Of a DNA stretch of 64,000 nucleotides, positions 13,188-25,660 are shown one piece after another. This DNA is from Octopus sinensis. Taxonomy: Eukaryota. The position numbers and the translations under genes are program-made. How positions within the stretch are numbered: the first letter of the stretch is position 1; each line of letters starts with the position of its first letter. The notes beneath the pieces are model-generated. The model was not told where the DNA came from. It saw only the letters and a list, made by a program, of their open reading frames with translations, and searched no databases. The stretch covers positions 7,564,001 to 7,628,000 of the forward strand of contig NC_043021.1 in assembly GCF_006345805.1 (NCBI RefSeq), read 5' to 3'.

Positions 13188-13859
13188 TTAATGTTTTATT
13201 TTTAAATTTGCCTCCCAAGAATTGTAGGCATACCTGCTGGCCATTTCTAGGCATGCCTCAAGTCTATCAGTGGGCATGCACGTGGGCTTCGTGTATGCCT
13301 TATAGCAGTACATTGGTTGAAAATGCCCGGTCTACACAAATGATTAAACTGTAAAATAATTTGTCACAGACTTGGCCTTATTATAGGTCATACACCAGTA
13401 TTATTATATATATGATGTAAACATACTGTCAGATACATACACACAAATACACAGCATGCAGAAAATACAGAATGACAACCAATTTATTCTCATGAAAGTC
13501 AGTTTACAATGTGTACATTCATGCAAAGATAATCATGATTTCTCAGAGAAGATTTCCAACATTTGTCTATAAACAGTAAAGGTAACATTCCTGAAATGGT
13601 CTAGGGTTGTATCTTCTAATTCTTCTTATTAACATTAGTTTTTCTAATTCTTGTTTTTATCACTATCATCATCATTATTATTATTATTATTATTATTATT
13701 GTTTTCTAATTCCTCCTATTGGGGATTTTAGTTGTTAGAATTTTCATTGTTATTTTATTGTTTACTTGATTTTTGTGCTAAAGCCCACGTGTCCCTAGTT
13801 TTATATTGTCCCTATTTGTTTTTGTGTTGGGCCCTTGTTGCCAATAAAGAAACAATTAT

Positions 13860-14130
13860 TATTTTTATTATTATTATCTTCTTTCTTCAAATTTTCTTCC
13901 GTTTCTCGCTGAGTGTTTTCCGTACACCTGTAGCAGAGAAGCTCATTGTATGCATTCCCAGATTACACATGCAAATTCACAGGTAAAATACGTATTTAAA
14001 AAATTAATGAATAAATAAATTCATGAATGAATGTTGTTTTCACAGCAATAGTGCTCTTCTCAGTACATAAGCCATTCCAGTTAACACAATTTTTTGCACT
14101 TCCTGTAGGGATGGTAAATTTCTGATGATC
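13860..14130 (-). mobile_element. R4/Dong-like non-LTR retrotransposon 3' end
   Basis: Peptide LPSLQEVQKIVLTGMAYVLRRALLL* resembles the RLE-clade C-terminus (QKxxLLGTAxILR); 3'UTR runs into (TAA)n. Confidence 0.7.
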
Positions 14131-15205
14131 CTTGCAATGCCAAGGGGCACACTAATCTGATTTCCTTTATATTCCTCTTGATACCTTATTATTATTATTA
14201 TTATTAGCAGTAGTAGTAGTATTATCCTTATCAATGTCATCATTATTATTTATATCAGTATTATCAAAATTATTATTATTACTACAACTATTATTATTAT
14301 CATTATTATTATTATTATAAAGCTATTACATGCTAATCAAGTTAGCAGAGATGTCTTAGGAGTCTTGCAGAATACAAGATGGTACTGTTTGAGTAGCACC
14401 TATCTCAGTTCTAATACCAATCTCAATTGCCTCACCCTTTCACCTATTAGGTTGCAGTTTAAACAATGTACCAAACACAGTGTTGGATCACTGAAGATGG
14501 AAAGTCTCCAGGTTTGGTCATGCTACATTCTTGGCAACAATATCTATTAATCCCTCTGGTTGGAAATTAGGTTTTATAGAATAAATAGAATTTCTGCTTA
14601 ATTCTATTCTATTTTTTTTCTGCTTTAATACATAAAAGACATTGTGAACAAAAGATGCTATCCATGTCCATCAAACAATTTCAATTTGTTTTTTCTTTTC
14701 TTTCAACTCATCATTTCTTTCATTAACAAAGAACTATGTAAAAACATCTTCAGCAGAATATTAAGTAAAATTTTAAGAATTGGTAAAAACATTTCTATGA
14801 TTCTGAACATTAGAACATTTTAGAATTCAAACTAATAAAAATATAACATGTTCTTTTTGTCTCGTCCTAAAATATTTTTAAAACTTTAAATAAAATATTC
14901 TATTTATCTTCTGGTCCTGAATAATTCTCAAACCATTCTTTAGACTGATAAGAAAAGCAATAGATGTGCACTATAATGTTTCATTATTAACATGAAGGGC
15001 CTTTGTTTTAGAGGAACTGGGAGGATTCTGTTGGAGTATTTACGGTGCATGTGTTGCACTAAGGCTTGGTTACCTATATCGGAAAACTGCACTACATCAG
15101 ATGACAAAGGCACATACACACAAACATTTAGGAGCAATTTCATAGCTAGCCACGAACATAAAGGAGGACAATATCACATACACAGACCCCTTTTAAAAGC
15201 CTTAC

Positions 15206-15226
15206 CTTTATCGCTTCAGAAGCACT
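15206..15226 (-). CDS. unc-104: Candidate 21-nt cassette microexon (SASEAIK) in loop 12, before the K-loop
   Basis: Long poly-T tract + TGTGCAG | AGTGCTTCTGAAGCGATAAAG | GTAAGG; phase 0/0, no stop, inside the phase-0 intron between exons 7 and 8. Confidence 0.7.
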
Positions 15227-15514
15227 CTGCACAAAAGGTAAAAATAAAAAAAAAAAATGAATAATGAATGAAAAATATGTGTCTACATTTTTAGTTCCAG
15301 TTTCTTCCCAACTTAAAATTAAGGAAAAAAATTTTTAATAATGCTTATTAGTCAGATTAAGACAGAGACTCCACTGATAACAATGTTGTTTCATATTGAA
15401 AAAATATTGGTAATGTAGTTGAAGAGAATATCTCGCTCAAATAGAAAGACCAAAAATTTGCTTACAAACTTCAAAGGAATTTACTTTGCTAAATCTTTTG
15501 TATGCATGAGGCAA

Positions 15515-15553
<39 letters not shown>

Positions 15554-16064
15554 TTGCTGAAGCAAAACAACTTTTGAATGTAAAAAAATGGTGGGGATAG
15601 AAATCTCAAAAAAAAAAAAAGAGTAATTTGAAAATGAAGTAAAACCCCTAATCTAAGACTTTTCTGGTCAATATAACAACAGGCAATATTCAAACAGCCA
15701 TGGTCTTTAATTATAAATATAGCAATCATTTATCTGCATCTTTCAAGTATGATATGGCAGTAACCTTCAGTTATTATATTACAACAGTAACTCAGCTATC
15801 AGAGCCCACCAGATATCAAAGAGTTGTCACTCCTTCAGAAACTAAACTTCAGATCTATAGATCAATAACTGACATTTGATAAATTCAGCAAGACAAGATA
15901 TCAGCAAGGCATCATACTACACCAGCTATAGGCAACAGATCATAAGTGCATATTGTTAAGATGCCTTAACAGTAAATACTATGTTGCAGTTATGACTGTC
16001 TGTCAGTCAATTTTAATATTTTATGACATACAACAAGTCATTTTGATGATATTCAGCTGCTCTT

Positions 16065-16119
<55 letters not shown>

Positions 16120-16975
16120 GTCACTAACTGTGACTGACTGATGGTGCACAGTAGTACCTACATTGCTAGAAATAAGAGCTAAAAGCCCTTAGACCCACAG
16201 GAAGCACATGTCTATGCACTGAGAGGGGAGATAACCACCCCACTGCAAGTGAAAAGGCTTTTAGCTCTTATTTCTAGTACTGTGGGTGCTACCTTGCACC
16301 ACCAGTCACAATTAGTGACACCTGAATTTTCCTTTTTGGTTTTGTATTGCATATAGCCACCTTCATTTTATATATATATATATATCGCTTTTTATATCTG
16401 GTTTGCAAGATTCTTGGTGTGAATTCATGAGTTGAAACAAACTTTGTGCCTTGGGAGAGTCATTACACAATTAACAATGACACACACACTGGTTCAATAT
16501 CACTTCTTTATTGTTAGTCAATTGGTTAAATATCTAACCAACTAACTAATTGATAGTTTCTTTAATGTGCTGGTTAAACAATCAATCATTTGTTTGTTAG
16601 TCTAAGTTCTTTCACTGCTGTTTTCAACCTTTCCAGTGACTTCCCTTCTCCAAAATACTAATCACCAGAAATATGAAGCTAGTTTCTGAATCAGACTGCC
16701 AAAATGAAACCAGTTACACTTCAGTGATATTATAGCCTAACAATGATATATTGGGTAAGTAGTCTTATTCATATGTAACTATCTTTTAGGTCTATTTCTA
16801 AAAATATTTATATTCTTATCAATGTGAGTCCCACAAACTACAGATAGGCTCTGAGAAATGTAAGTCCCACGAAAAGGTGACAAATCCAATAACAGAATCT
16901 ATGGCACAAGTTCTAAATGAATTTTAAGTATTTCCTTAGCTTAATCTTCAGACCTACAAATTATCTTGTTTAGAC

Positions 16976-17204
16976 CAGTGCTCTGCAACCAATATGCCGC
17001 GAGACAATGCTAGGTGTGCAGCAGTGTAACCTGAGTATAATTTTTTTTCCCTACGCATTTTTCCCCCTATAATTTTTCCCTATACTTTTTTCCACCTATA
17101 ACTTTTTTTCTCTATACCTTTAGTTATATTTTTAGTTCAGGTGTGCCACCAAATTTTGGAAAGAATATAAGTGTGCCGTAAGTGAAATAGGTTGCAAAGA
17201 ATTG
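16976..17204. mobile_element. hAT (Charlie/Buster-like) MITE with 8-bp TSD
   Basis: TSD GTTTAGAC at 16968-16975 and 17205-17212; TIRs CAGTGCTCTGCAACC / GGTTGCAAAGAATTG. Similar CAG..CTG elements near 51140-51365 and 52460-52633. Confidence 0.8.
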
Positions 17205-17592
17205 GTTTAGACAATAGTTTGGCAATTTCATAGAGATGTTAATGAGAGACTCTTAAGTAATTCAAACTATCCAAGATGCATAACCGAGATGTTTTGTTGA
17301 TGCAATGTACAGACTCATGATTCATGAACAGGACTTTACACTGTATATATGTATATTTATTTGATTACTAGCTGTGAATTGTTTTATTCATTTGCAAATC
17401 ATCAACATGTATACATTTTATTCATCTGTTACATGAAACAAAAACAAAATTGGATGAGGGTGTTTAACAAACACACATGTATATTAATTATAATGAAAGA
17501 TTCACCAGAGATGTTACAATCATTGTCGATATATTTTATGATAACCCATCCACCAAAAAATGAAAATAAAAGTTGCAATTAATTAAACTTAC

Positions 17593-17736
17593 CACGTCTG
17601 CCAGAGCAGAAATTACTTTTCCAAGGGTCGTCAAAGATTTGTTAATGTTAGCGCCTTCTTTCAGGCGGGTTCCTTTGGCACCGGTTGAATCAGCTCGTTC
17701 ACTGCCGGCCAAGTCTACAAGACTGATTTTGCTCAC
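17593..17736 (-). CDS. unc-104: unc-104/KIF1A-like coding exon 7, switch II ([48 protein letters not shown])
   Basis: 144 nt; TGTAG acceptor, GTAAG donor; DLAGSE motif. Confidence 0.97.
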
Positions 17737-18659
17737 CTACAGGAAGAAAATTTAAATATTTGTAAATTTAAGTAAAAAAAAAAAAAAAATAGAAACAATT
17801 AAAAGCACAAGAAAAATGTAGCATTAACTACATCACACGTAACAATCCCGCAAACTGGAAAGTGTAACAATCAGCTTAACAACCAGTCTAATTGTATGAT
17901 AGAAAGAATCCGATTCTAGAAAAGACTGATGCAATTTCATGTTGGAGTTTCCATGAGTTTAGTAAAAGATGAAAGAAAGAGATGAAAAGCAACTTACAAT
18001 AATGAAGGACTGGATGTATTTGGTGCCTGATTCCTTCGAAAAGAGGAATAAACTCACAAGGATCTTTAAAGTACCTTGCTATATGTCTACATCTGCACTG
18101 GAATACTTTACAATTGAGACAAGTTGTCCATGCCACAACTCTCCATTATTAGTATTAAGGCAGTAAGATAACAGAATAATTAATAAGCCAGACAAAATGC
18201 TTAACAGCATTTCAGTTCTCTTTGTTCTGAGTTCAAATTCCACTAAAGTTGACTTCGCCTTTCATCTGTTTGCGGCTCAGTAAATTAACTACCAGTTGAG
18301 TACTTGGGGGGGGGGGGGGAATCAATGTAATCGACTTACTCCCTCCCCTCAAATTGCTGGCCTTGTGCCAAAATTTGAAACTATTGATAAGCTGGCAGAC
18401 TCAGTAGCATGCTAGACAAAATGCTTGGGAAAATATTTCCTCCATTTTTGATTTGAGTTCAAATTCCACCAAGGTAGACTTAGCCTTACATCTGGAACTC
18501 ACTTAATTAATTACCAGTTGAGTACTGGGGTCAACATAATTGACTTACTTCCTCCCCCAAATTCCAAGCTTTGTGCTTGTAGTAGAAAATATTATTGTTG
18601 TTGTTGTTGTTGCTGTATGGTTGGGATGCAAGCTTCTTACCACACAGCCATGCCTGCAC

Positions 18660-18704
<45 letters not shown>

Positions 18705-19829
18705 TACAAACATATATACAATGGACCACACAGCTTCTGCTTATCAAATTTACTAACAAGGTATTGGTCAGCCTGGGGCAATAGTAGAAGTCACTTGCCC
18801 AAGATGTTATGCAGTGGGACTGAACCCTAAACAACTTGGTTGCAAAGGGGGCTTCTTAACGACACAGCCATTCTTTGTATTTCTTCCATGCTCATCATAG
18901 GGATTGGCAAAGTATTTAATATTGATCCCTGGAGAACTATGTGGCTATCCAGTGGGATAGATATCGCAACTAAAAGGAATGGCCATCGAATTGCACCTAG
19001 AAAGTTACCCTCCAAGGTACAAGACTGGGCAAGATTGTTTATGGAAGACTAGCAATCACCCATGCAAACCAGCATGCCCCCTCCACTCCACTGATGTTAT
19101 CCAAGGGAAAGGCAAAGATCAATACAGCTTGGCACCAGTGACATTGCAACTCATTCTTACAGATGAGTGAAATGGAGCAACAGGAAATAAAGTGTCTTGC
19201 TCAAGAACACAACACACAGCCCAGTCCAGGAATTGAACTCACAACCTCACAATTGTAAGCTCAACACTCTAACCACTGAGCCATGCACCTTTGCCACTAT
19301 ATATATATATATATTAATATAACATGACTGAATTTTTATTGTTCATCAATTTATTAAATCTTATTAAAGCAATAATGACATGAAAGAACAAAGAAATTAT
19401 TGTTTTTAAACCAATAAATTCTTTCATTAATTATACTTTTTAATTTTATTTGAGGAATTTACGCGATTGGAATTGATGATTCCATGAAAGGATCAATGAC
19501 CCTTTCATGACCTTTTACTCAAACATAACCGAATTCCACTAAGAAATTCCAGAAGATCTAACTCTAGTAAACTCCCTCTCTTCTGGTACTCAAAGAACTG
19601 GAACTCTCAAGGAATTGGCACCCAAGAGAAAATCAAAGGAAATGTATTGTTAATTTGAGTGAAGAGAATTTATGCTAATTTGTGTTAATTAACTTCAATT
19701 TTGGTACAAGGCCAGCAATTTTTAGGGCAGGTGTAAGTTGATTTTATTGACTCCAGTACTCAACTGGTACTTATTTTATCAACCCTGAAAGGATGAAAGG
19801 CAAAGTGGCCCTTGGTGGAATTTTATTAG

Positions 19830-20490
19830 TGTTGGAGCTACTTTATTCATGTGGAGCAATTCCAGTACAGAGCATAGAACATTATCAAACATCTTCTGGT
19901 AATCAATCTAAGTCATGCTGAGGCTTGTTTTCCTCTTTTTACAGTCTTCTAAAATGGTTCAATTTCTCAGAAGCTGCTCTTTACAACCATACATCCCTTT
20001 CCAGCATCCTTTTTGGTAATCTGGTACATTGTTTCCATGGTGTTACAGGCTAGTTGTAAATAACTGATGCAAGGGTTTTATAAGTTGTTGATAGGCATGT
20101 TATTGGCCCATAATTTCGTGGGTGTATGGTGTGTTTGTTTTTGGACATCAGAATGGTTTGTCCTTCCAGCATCCAGTTTGGTGTTGAATATGAGTATGGG
20201 TACTGGTGAGGTGTTTCAACCAAAAGTTGGGGACCCTGTCTAACGCTGGAGATTTCCAGTTACTGGTACTCCTCAGCGTGTCTGCAATCTCTAGATTTAC
20301 AATGGTTGGCCATATCTGTGGTGCTATTTTGCTCTTCCTTTCCTTTTCCCTATTCATTCATTGAGCATTTTTGTTGTCGTGTTCTTGTTTGCTCCATATT
20401 CCTTCCCATACTGTTGGCATGTCACCTATTGATATGATTTTTTTCTTTAAGGTTTTGTAAAAATCAATAATAAATCGCTGAACGAGGTAT
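19830..20490 (-). mobile_element. R4/Dong-like RT N-terminal fragment (degenerate)
   Basis: Motifs NWKSPALDRVPNFWLKHL, NYGPITCLSTTYKTL, QKGCWKGMYGCKEQLL and IDYQKMFDNV, with stops and frameshifts. Confidence 0.8.
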
Positions 20491-21369
20491 ATCATTATTA
20501 TTAAGGTAGCAAGCTGGCAGAATTGTTAGCACACTGAGTGAAATGTTTAGTGGCATTTCATCCGTCTTTACGTTCTGAGTTCAAATTCCGCTAAGGTCGA
20601 CTTTGCCCTTCATCCTTTCAGGGTCAATAAAATAAGTACTAGTCCCCACAAATTTCAGGCGTTACTACTACTACTATTACTACTACTAGTAGTAGTAGTA
20701 GTAGTGGCAGCAGCAGTAGTAGTAGCAGTAGTTGTAGTACAACAAGCTGGGAGAATCATTAGTATGATGGATAAAATGCTTAGCAGCATTTCTTGAAGCT
20801 TTATGTTCCGAGTTCAAATTCTGCTGAGGTCGATTTTGTCTTTCATCCTTTCGGGGTTAATAAAATAAGTACCAGTTGCGCACTAGGAGTCAATGTAACT
20901 GACTATCACCTGCCCACAGAAATTTCAGGCCCTTGTGCCTATAGTAAGTACAAATCGTCAAAATCTGCCAAGGTCGACGTTGTCTTTCATCCTTTCCGGG
21001 GAGGGTCAACGTCCTCGAACACAACATCACACCAGATGGAGCTTTCATTGTTATCACCACCACCAACATCACCACCACGGATGCAGACAATATCTTCCTG
21101 CCGTTATCCACTACCGCATGCATGCATCCCGTTACCACCTGAAACTAGAGCAATAGCAACTACCACCAACATCACCACCACCAATACTAACACTCACTAC
21201 CACCACTACCACCATCACCATGAAGAGAGCAGGTGTAAAAAAGCCTGCCCTCTTGCACAGCAGTATGAGTCAGCTGACTTAGCTGGTAGGTTGGCTGCTG
21301 TATATAGATGTAAAACCATGAGTCATAATCACATTGAACACAAGATCAATCAGTCAATTCTAATAGAAT

Positions 21370-22572
21370 TTTTATAGACGGTGGTTATGGTGGTTGTGGT
21401 TTAGGACGACGACGGTAGCGCAGGCGACGACGATGACGACGACGACGACGATGATGGTGTTGACGGGTCTGGATTGGGCTGCTGCAGTAGCTATGATGGT
21501 GGTGTGGGTTTCAATGACGATGGCTGTGGTGGTGGTGGTGGTGGTGGTGCAGCTGCTGCTGCTGATGGTTGTAGTATGGCAATGGTGGTGGTGAGTGTCG
21601 TAGTGGTTTTGGTGGTGGTGGTGGTGGTGGTGGGGTTGGGGTGGATTGTGGTAGGAGAGTGTGATGGTGGTAGTGGTAATGGTTTTGGTGGTGGTGGTGG
21701 TGGTAGAGGTGGGCAGTGTTCGTAGTGGTAACGGCAGTGGTTGAATGGTGTTGATGGTTGTCACTGTGGTTTCCGTATTGGTTATAGTGGTGGTGGTGGT
21801 GCTGGGGTTGGGGTGGGGTGGGGTAGGAGAGTGTGATGGTGGTAGTGGTAATGGTTTTGGTGGTGGTGGTGGTGTGGTGGTGGTGGTGGTGGTGGTGGTG
21901 GTAGAGGTGGCAGTGTTCGTAGTGGTAACGGCAGTGGTTGAATGTGTTGATGGTTGTCACTGTGGTTCCGTATTGGTTATAGTGGTGGTGGTGGTGGGGT
22001 GGTGGTGGTGGTGGGGTTGGGGTGGGGTAGGAGAGTGTGATGGTAGTAGTGGTAATGGTTTTGGTGGTGGTGGTGGTGGTGGTGGTGGTGGTAGAGGTGG
22101 GCAGTGTTCGTAGTGGTAACGGCAGTGGTTGAAAGGTGTTGATGGTTGTCACTGTGGTTTCCGTATTTGTTATAATGGTGGTGGTTCTGGGGTTGGGGTG
22201 GGGTGGGGTAGGAGAGTGTGATGGTGGTAGTGGTAATGATTTTGATGGTGGTGGTGGTGGTGGTGGTGGTCACAGTGGTTTTGATGATTGTGGTGATGAT
22301 GGTACAGTTGTTACTAGTGGTGGTGGTAATGGTACTGCTGCTGCTACTGCTTGTTGCTGTACTAATGGTAACAGCAGACATAGTAGCTGTAGTAGCGGCT
22401 GGCTGGCTGGTTGGTTGGTAGTGATGGTGGTTGTGATGATGATGTGGTAGAATGAGGGAGGTGGTGAAGATAATGATAATGATGACAGTGATTGTGGAGA
22501 GACCTGTGTTGGTAGTAGTGGCAGCAGTGGTGGTAATAGTGGTGGTGATGGTGGTGGTGGTGGTGATGGTGG
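21370..22572. repeat. (GGT)n-derived G-rich array with higher-order ~170-200-bp units
   Basis: Repeated GGGGTAGGAGAGTGTGATGGT...TAGAGGTGGGCAGTGTTCGTAGTGGTAACGGCAGTGGTTGAA units separated by variable (GGT)n. Confidence 0.9.
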
Positions 22573-23071
22573 CAAGTGAATTTTTCTGAAATGCAGTTGA
22601 ACGACAGAAGAAGCAGTTTCATTTCCCCACTACCCCCTTCATCTCCCACTCCAACAGATATAAAAAAAATTAAGTACCCTAGTACCAGAGATACACTGGT
22701 GTCCAAAGGGGCCCCTTTTATTGTCAGTACACTCCCTTCTCTCGTAGCAACTTCAGTGGCTATTATTATGGTCATAGTGCTTGCAATGAGTCTTGTAGTG
22801 ATTTTTCTGATGGCAACAGTCACTGTGTAGTGGTAGTGATGGTTTGGGAGACACAGTGGTTCTTATTATTACACTAGTGCTGATGAAATATCAAAGCTTG
22901 GTCTTACTTCCCGGTGTGAATGAACTCACAACTTGTACTCGGCTTTCATAAATTGTCTTTCAGTACCTGTGTAGTTGCAAGCAGACATACACATGTTCAT
23001 GGTTCTCCTTGTTTTTCGGTGCCTATGTAGTTGCAAGCAGACAGACATATTCATGGCACCCCTACCATTAA

Positions 23072-23293
23072 CCCTTTCGTTACTGTATTTATTTTGAGAT
23101 GCTCTGCGTTTCATTCAATTAATTTTAAATATAACAAAGACTTTAGTAAAAGATCTTAGTTATAATTAAGCTAGTGTTGGGAACATAAATTGTGACTAAG
23201 GTTTGGTGGAAGATTTTAATTCAAAACTTATGAAAACAAGACATTTTTACTACAGAGCCAGAGGTGGTTTCAGCCAGGTTGGTATCGAAAGGG
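23072..23293. mobile_element. piggyBac-type MITE family 2 (TTAA-flanked), followed by a tandem partial copy to 23465
   Basis: TTAA|CCCTTTCGTTAC...GTATCGAAAGGG|TTAA. Copies at 31279-31499 and ~35775-35985 (reversed). Confidence 0.8.
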
Positions 23294-24404
23294 TTAAATA
23301 TAACAAGGAATTTAGTAAAATAACTTAGTTATCATTAAGCTAGTGTTGGGAACATAGATTGTGACTAAGGTTTGGTGGAAGATTTTAATTCAATACTTAT
23401 GAAAACAAGACATTTTTACTACAGAGCCAGTGGCAATTTTGGCTGTGTTGGTATCAAAAGGTTAATACAGTGGAGCTTCAATGGTGTGACAACTGGAGAG
23501 AGAGAGGGATGTACCAGTAATTGGCTGGTACTTATTTTTAGTTGAGTACAGTGAAGCAATGTGAGATGATGTGCCTTGCTCAAAGAAATGGCACAATTAC
23601 CCAGCTCAAGAACTGAACTCATAATCTCATGATTACGAACCCAACACCCCTAACCACTGAGATAACAATGAATATGATGATATCCAATATCACAGATGAG
23701 TTTTGTACTGATATTACTCTTTTACTTGTTTCAGTCATGTGACTGTGGCCATGCTGGAGCACCGCATTTAGTCAAACAAATCGATCCCAGGACTTACTCT
23801 TTGTAAGCCTAGTACTTATTCTATTGGTCTCTTTTTGCCGAACTGCTAAGTTACGGGGACATAAACACACAGGCATCGGTTGTCAAGCGATGTTGGGGAG
23901 CCAAACACAGAAACACAAACATATATACACACACATACATATATATATATGTATATATATATATATATGTATATATATATGTATATATATATGTATATAT
24001 ATATATATATATACGATGGGCTTCTTTCAGTTTCCATCTATTAAATCCATTCACAAGGCTTTGATCGGCCCGAGGCTGTAGTAGAAGACACTTGCCCGGA
24101 CTGAACTTGGAACTATGTGGTTCGTAAGCAAGCTACTTACCACACAGCCACTCCTGCGCCTATATCATATTCTTTATTAACTATGCTTTAGTATTTTCAG
24201 TCATTGCACCATGGCTATGCTGGAGCATCACATTCCAGGCAAACAAATTCAACCCTTAGTACTTTTAAAAAATATTTTTTAGTGATAGAGGCAATATTAA
24301 TACCAAGAGGTAATATTTATCCCCACTTAAATGTGGATGTTCTGTTATAACAAACTACGTTATGGTATATACCATGAGAGAAACTCTCATATTGGCATTT
24401 GGTG

Positions 24405-24788
24405 TGGAGGCGAAATGGCCCAGTGGTTAGGGCAGCGGACTCGCAGTCATAGGATCGCGGTTTCGATTCCCAGACCGGGCGTTGTGTGTGTTTATTGAGC
24501 GAAAACACCTAAAGCTCCACGAGGCTCCGGCAGGGGATGGTGGTGATCCCTGCTGTACTCTTTCACCACAACTTTCTCTCACTCTTACTTCCTGTTTCTG
24601 TTGTACCTGTATTTCAAAGGGCCGGCCTTGTCACTCTCTGTGTCACGCTGAATATCCCCGAGAACTACGTTAAGGGTACACGTGTCTGTGGAGTGCTCAG
24701 CCACTTACACGTTAATTTCACGAGCAGGCTGTTCCGTTGATTCGGATCAACCGGAACCCTCGTCGTCGTAACCGACGGAGTGCTTCCC
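24405..24788 (+). mobile_element. tRNA-derived SINE family C, tail variant 2, with 14-bp TSD
   Basis: Perfect TSD ATTGGCATTTGGTG at 24391-24404 and 24789-24802; tRNA-like head. Confidence 0.9.
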
Positions 24789-24866
24789 ATTGGCATTTGG
24801 TGCTAAATGCAGTCTTGTTTATAGCACTTGCAAAGAGACACGCCCATGCTATCTCCAGTGCTGAGA

Positions 24867-24913
24867 CCACCAGATCATGTGATTTTGACCTTTCTTGGTC
24901 TTGTCAATGATGG
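24867..24913 (-). ncRNA. Decayed type I hammerhead ribozyme motif
   Basis: CCAUCA-UUGACAA-GACC aagaaa GGUC-AAAA-UC acau GA-UC-UGGUGG: all three stems pair; the core differs from CUGACGA/GAAA by three transitions. Confidence 0.6.
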
Positions 24914-25611
24914 ACACTCAACCACTACAGGTAAGTAACAGTGACTCATCTCCCTGCCAATGGTATGTAGAAAAACAGTTCTAGAACAGGCACTGTTTAA
25001 AAATATATATTAGTGACAGTAGCTGTATTAATTACCCAGAGGTAATATTTATTCTGACTAAGACAGCGAGCTGGCAGAAACAAGCACACATATACACACG
25101 CATGCACAGGCACACAGCTTTAACAGGTTTCTACACAAAATTACTGCCAAGTGAATTTCATACAATACAAAAGGTATTGGTTAATCTGTTAATCTGGTGT
25201 TCCAAAAGGAATCTTGCCTCAAGCGGAAAGCAAGATGCTCTGCAGTGGTACCGAACCTAGAGCCAGATGGTTACCAAGAAAAATTCGTAACTACACAGCT
25301 ATGCCTGCACCCATAAAATTGATGATGATGATGATGGCAAGATTGGAGAAACAGGATGTCTCCGAGATTAAATATGGCGATGACGATGACAACGACAAGC
25401 ATGAAGAAAACAACAATAAGGACCAGGATATCTCGGAGATAATCAAGCAGTCTGACTGGTTACTCTATATTTACTTTCCTCACTCCATCTTTTCCATTTT
25501 CATTAGGTGTAATCAATACTAAAATTATGACGTTTCAAACGGAAACAGATCGAAACACACCCTTTCTTACTTTCTCTCTCTCTCTCTCTCTATACATATA
25601 CATGTATATAC

Positions 25612-25660
<49 letters not shown>

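Noticed and set aside
15466-15488. Second possible microexon (TAG|23 nt|GTAAG on the minus strand)
   Set aside because: 23 nt is not frame-preserving and the pyrimidine tract is poor.
21372-22823. His/Thr/Pro/Gly-rich ORFs
   Set aside because: Translations of (GGT)n repeats, open in many frames on both strands, inside an intron.
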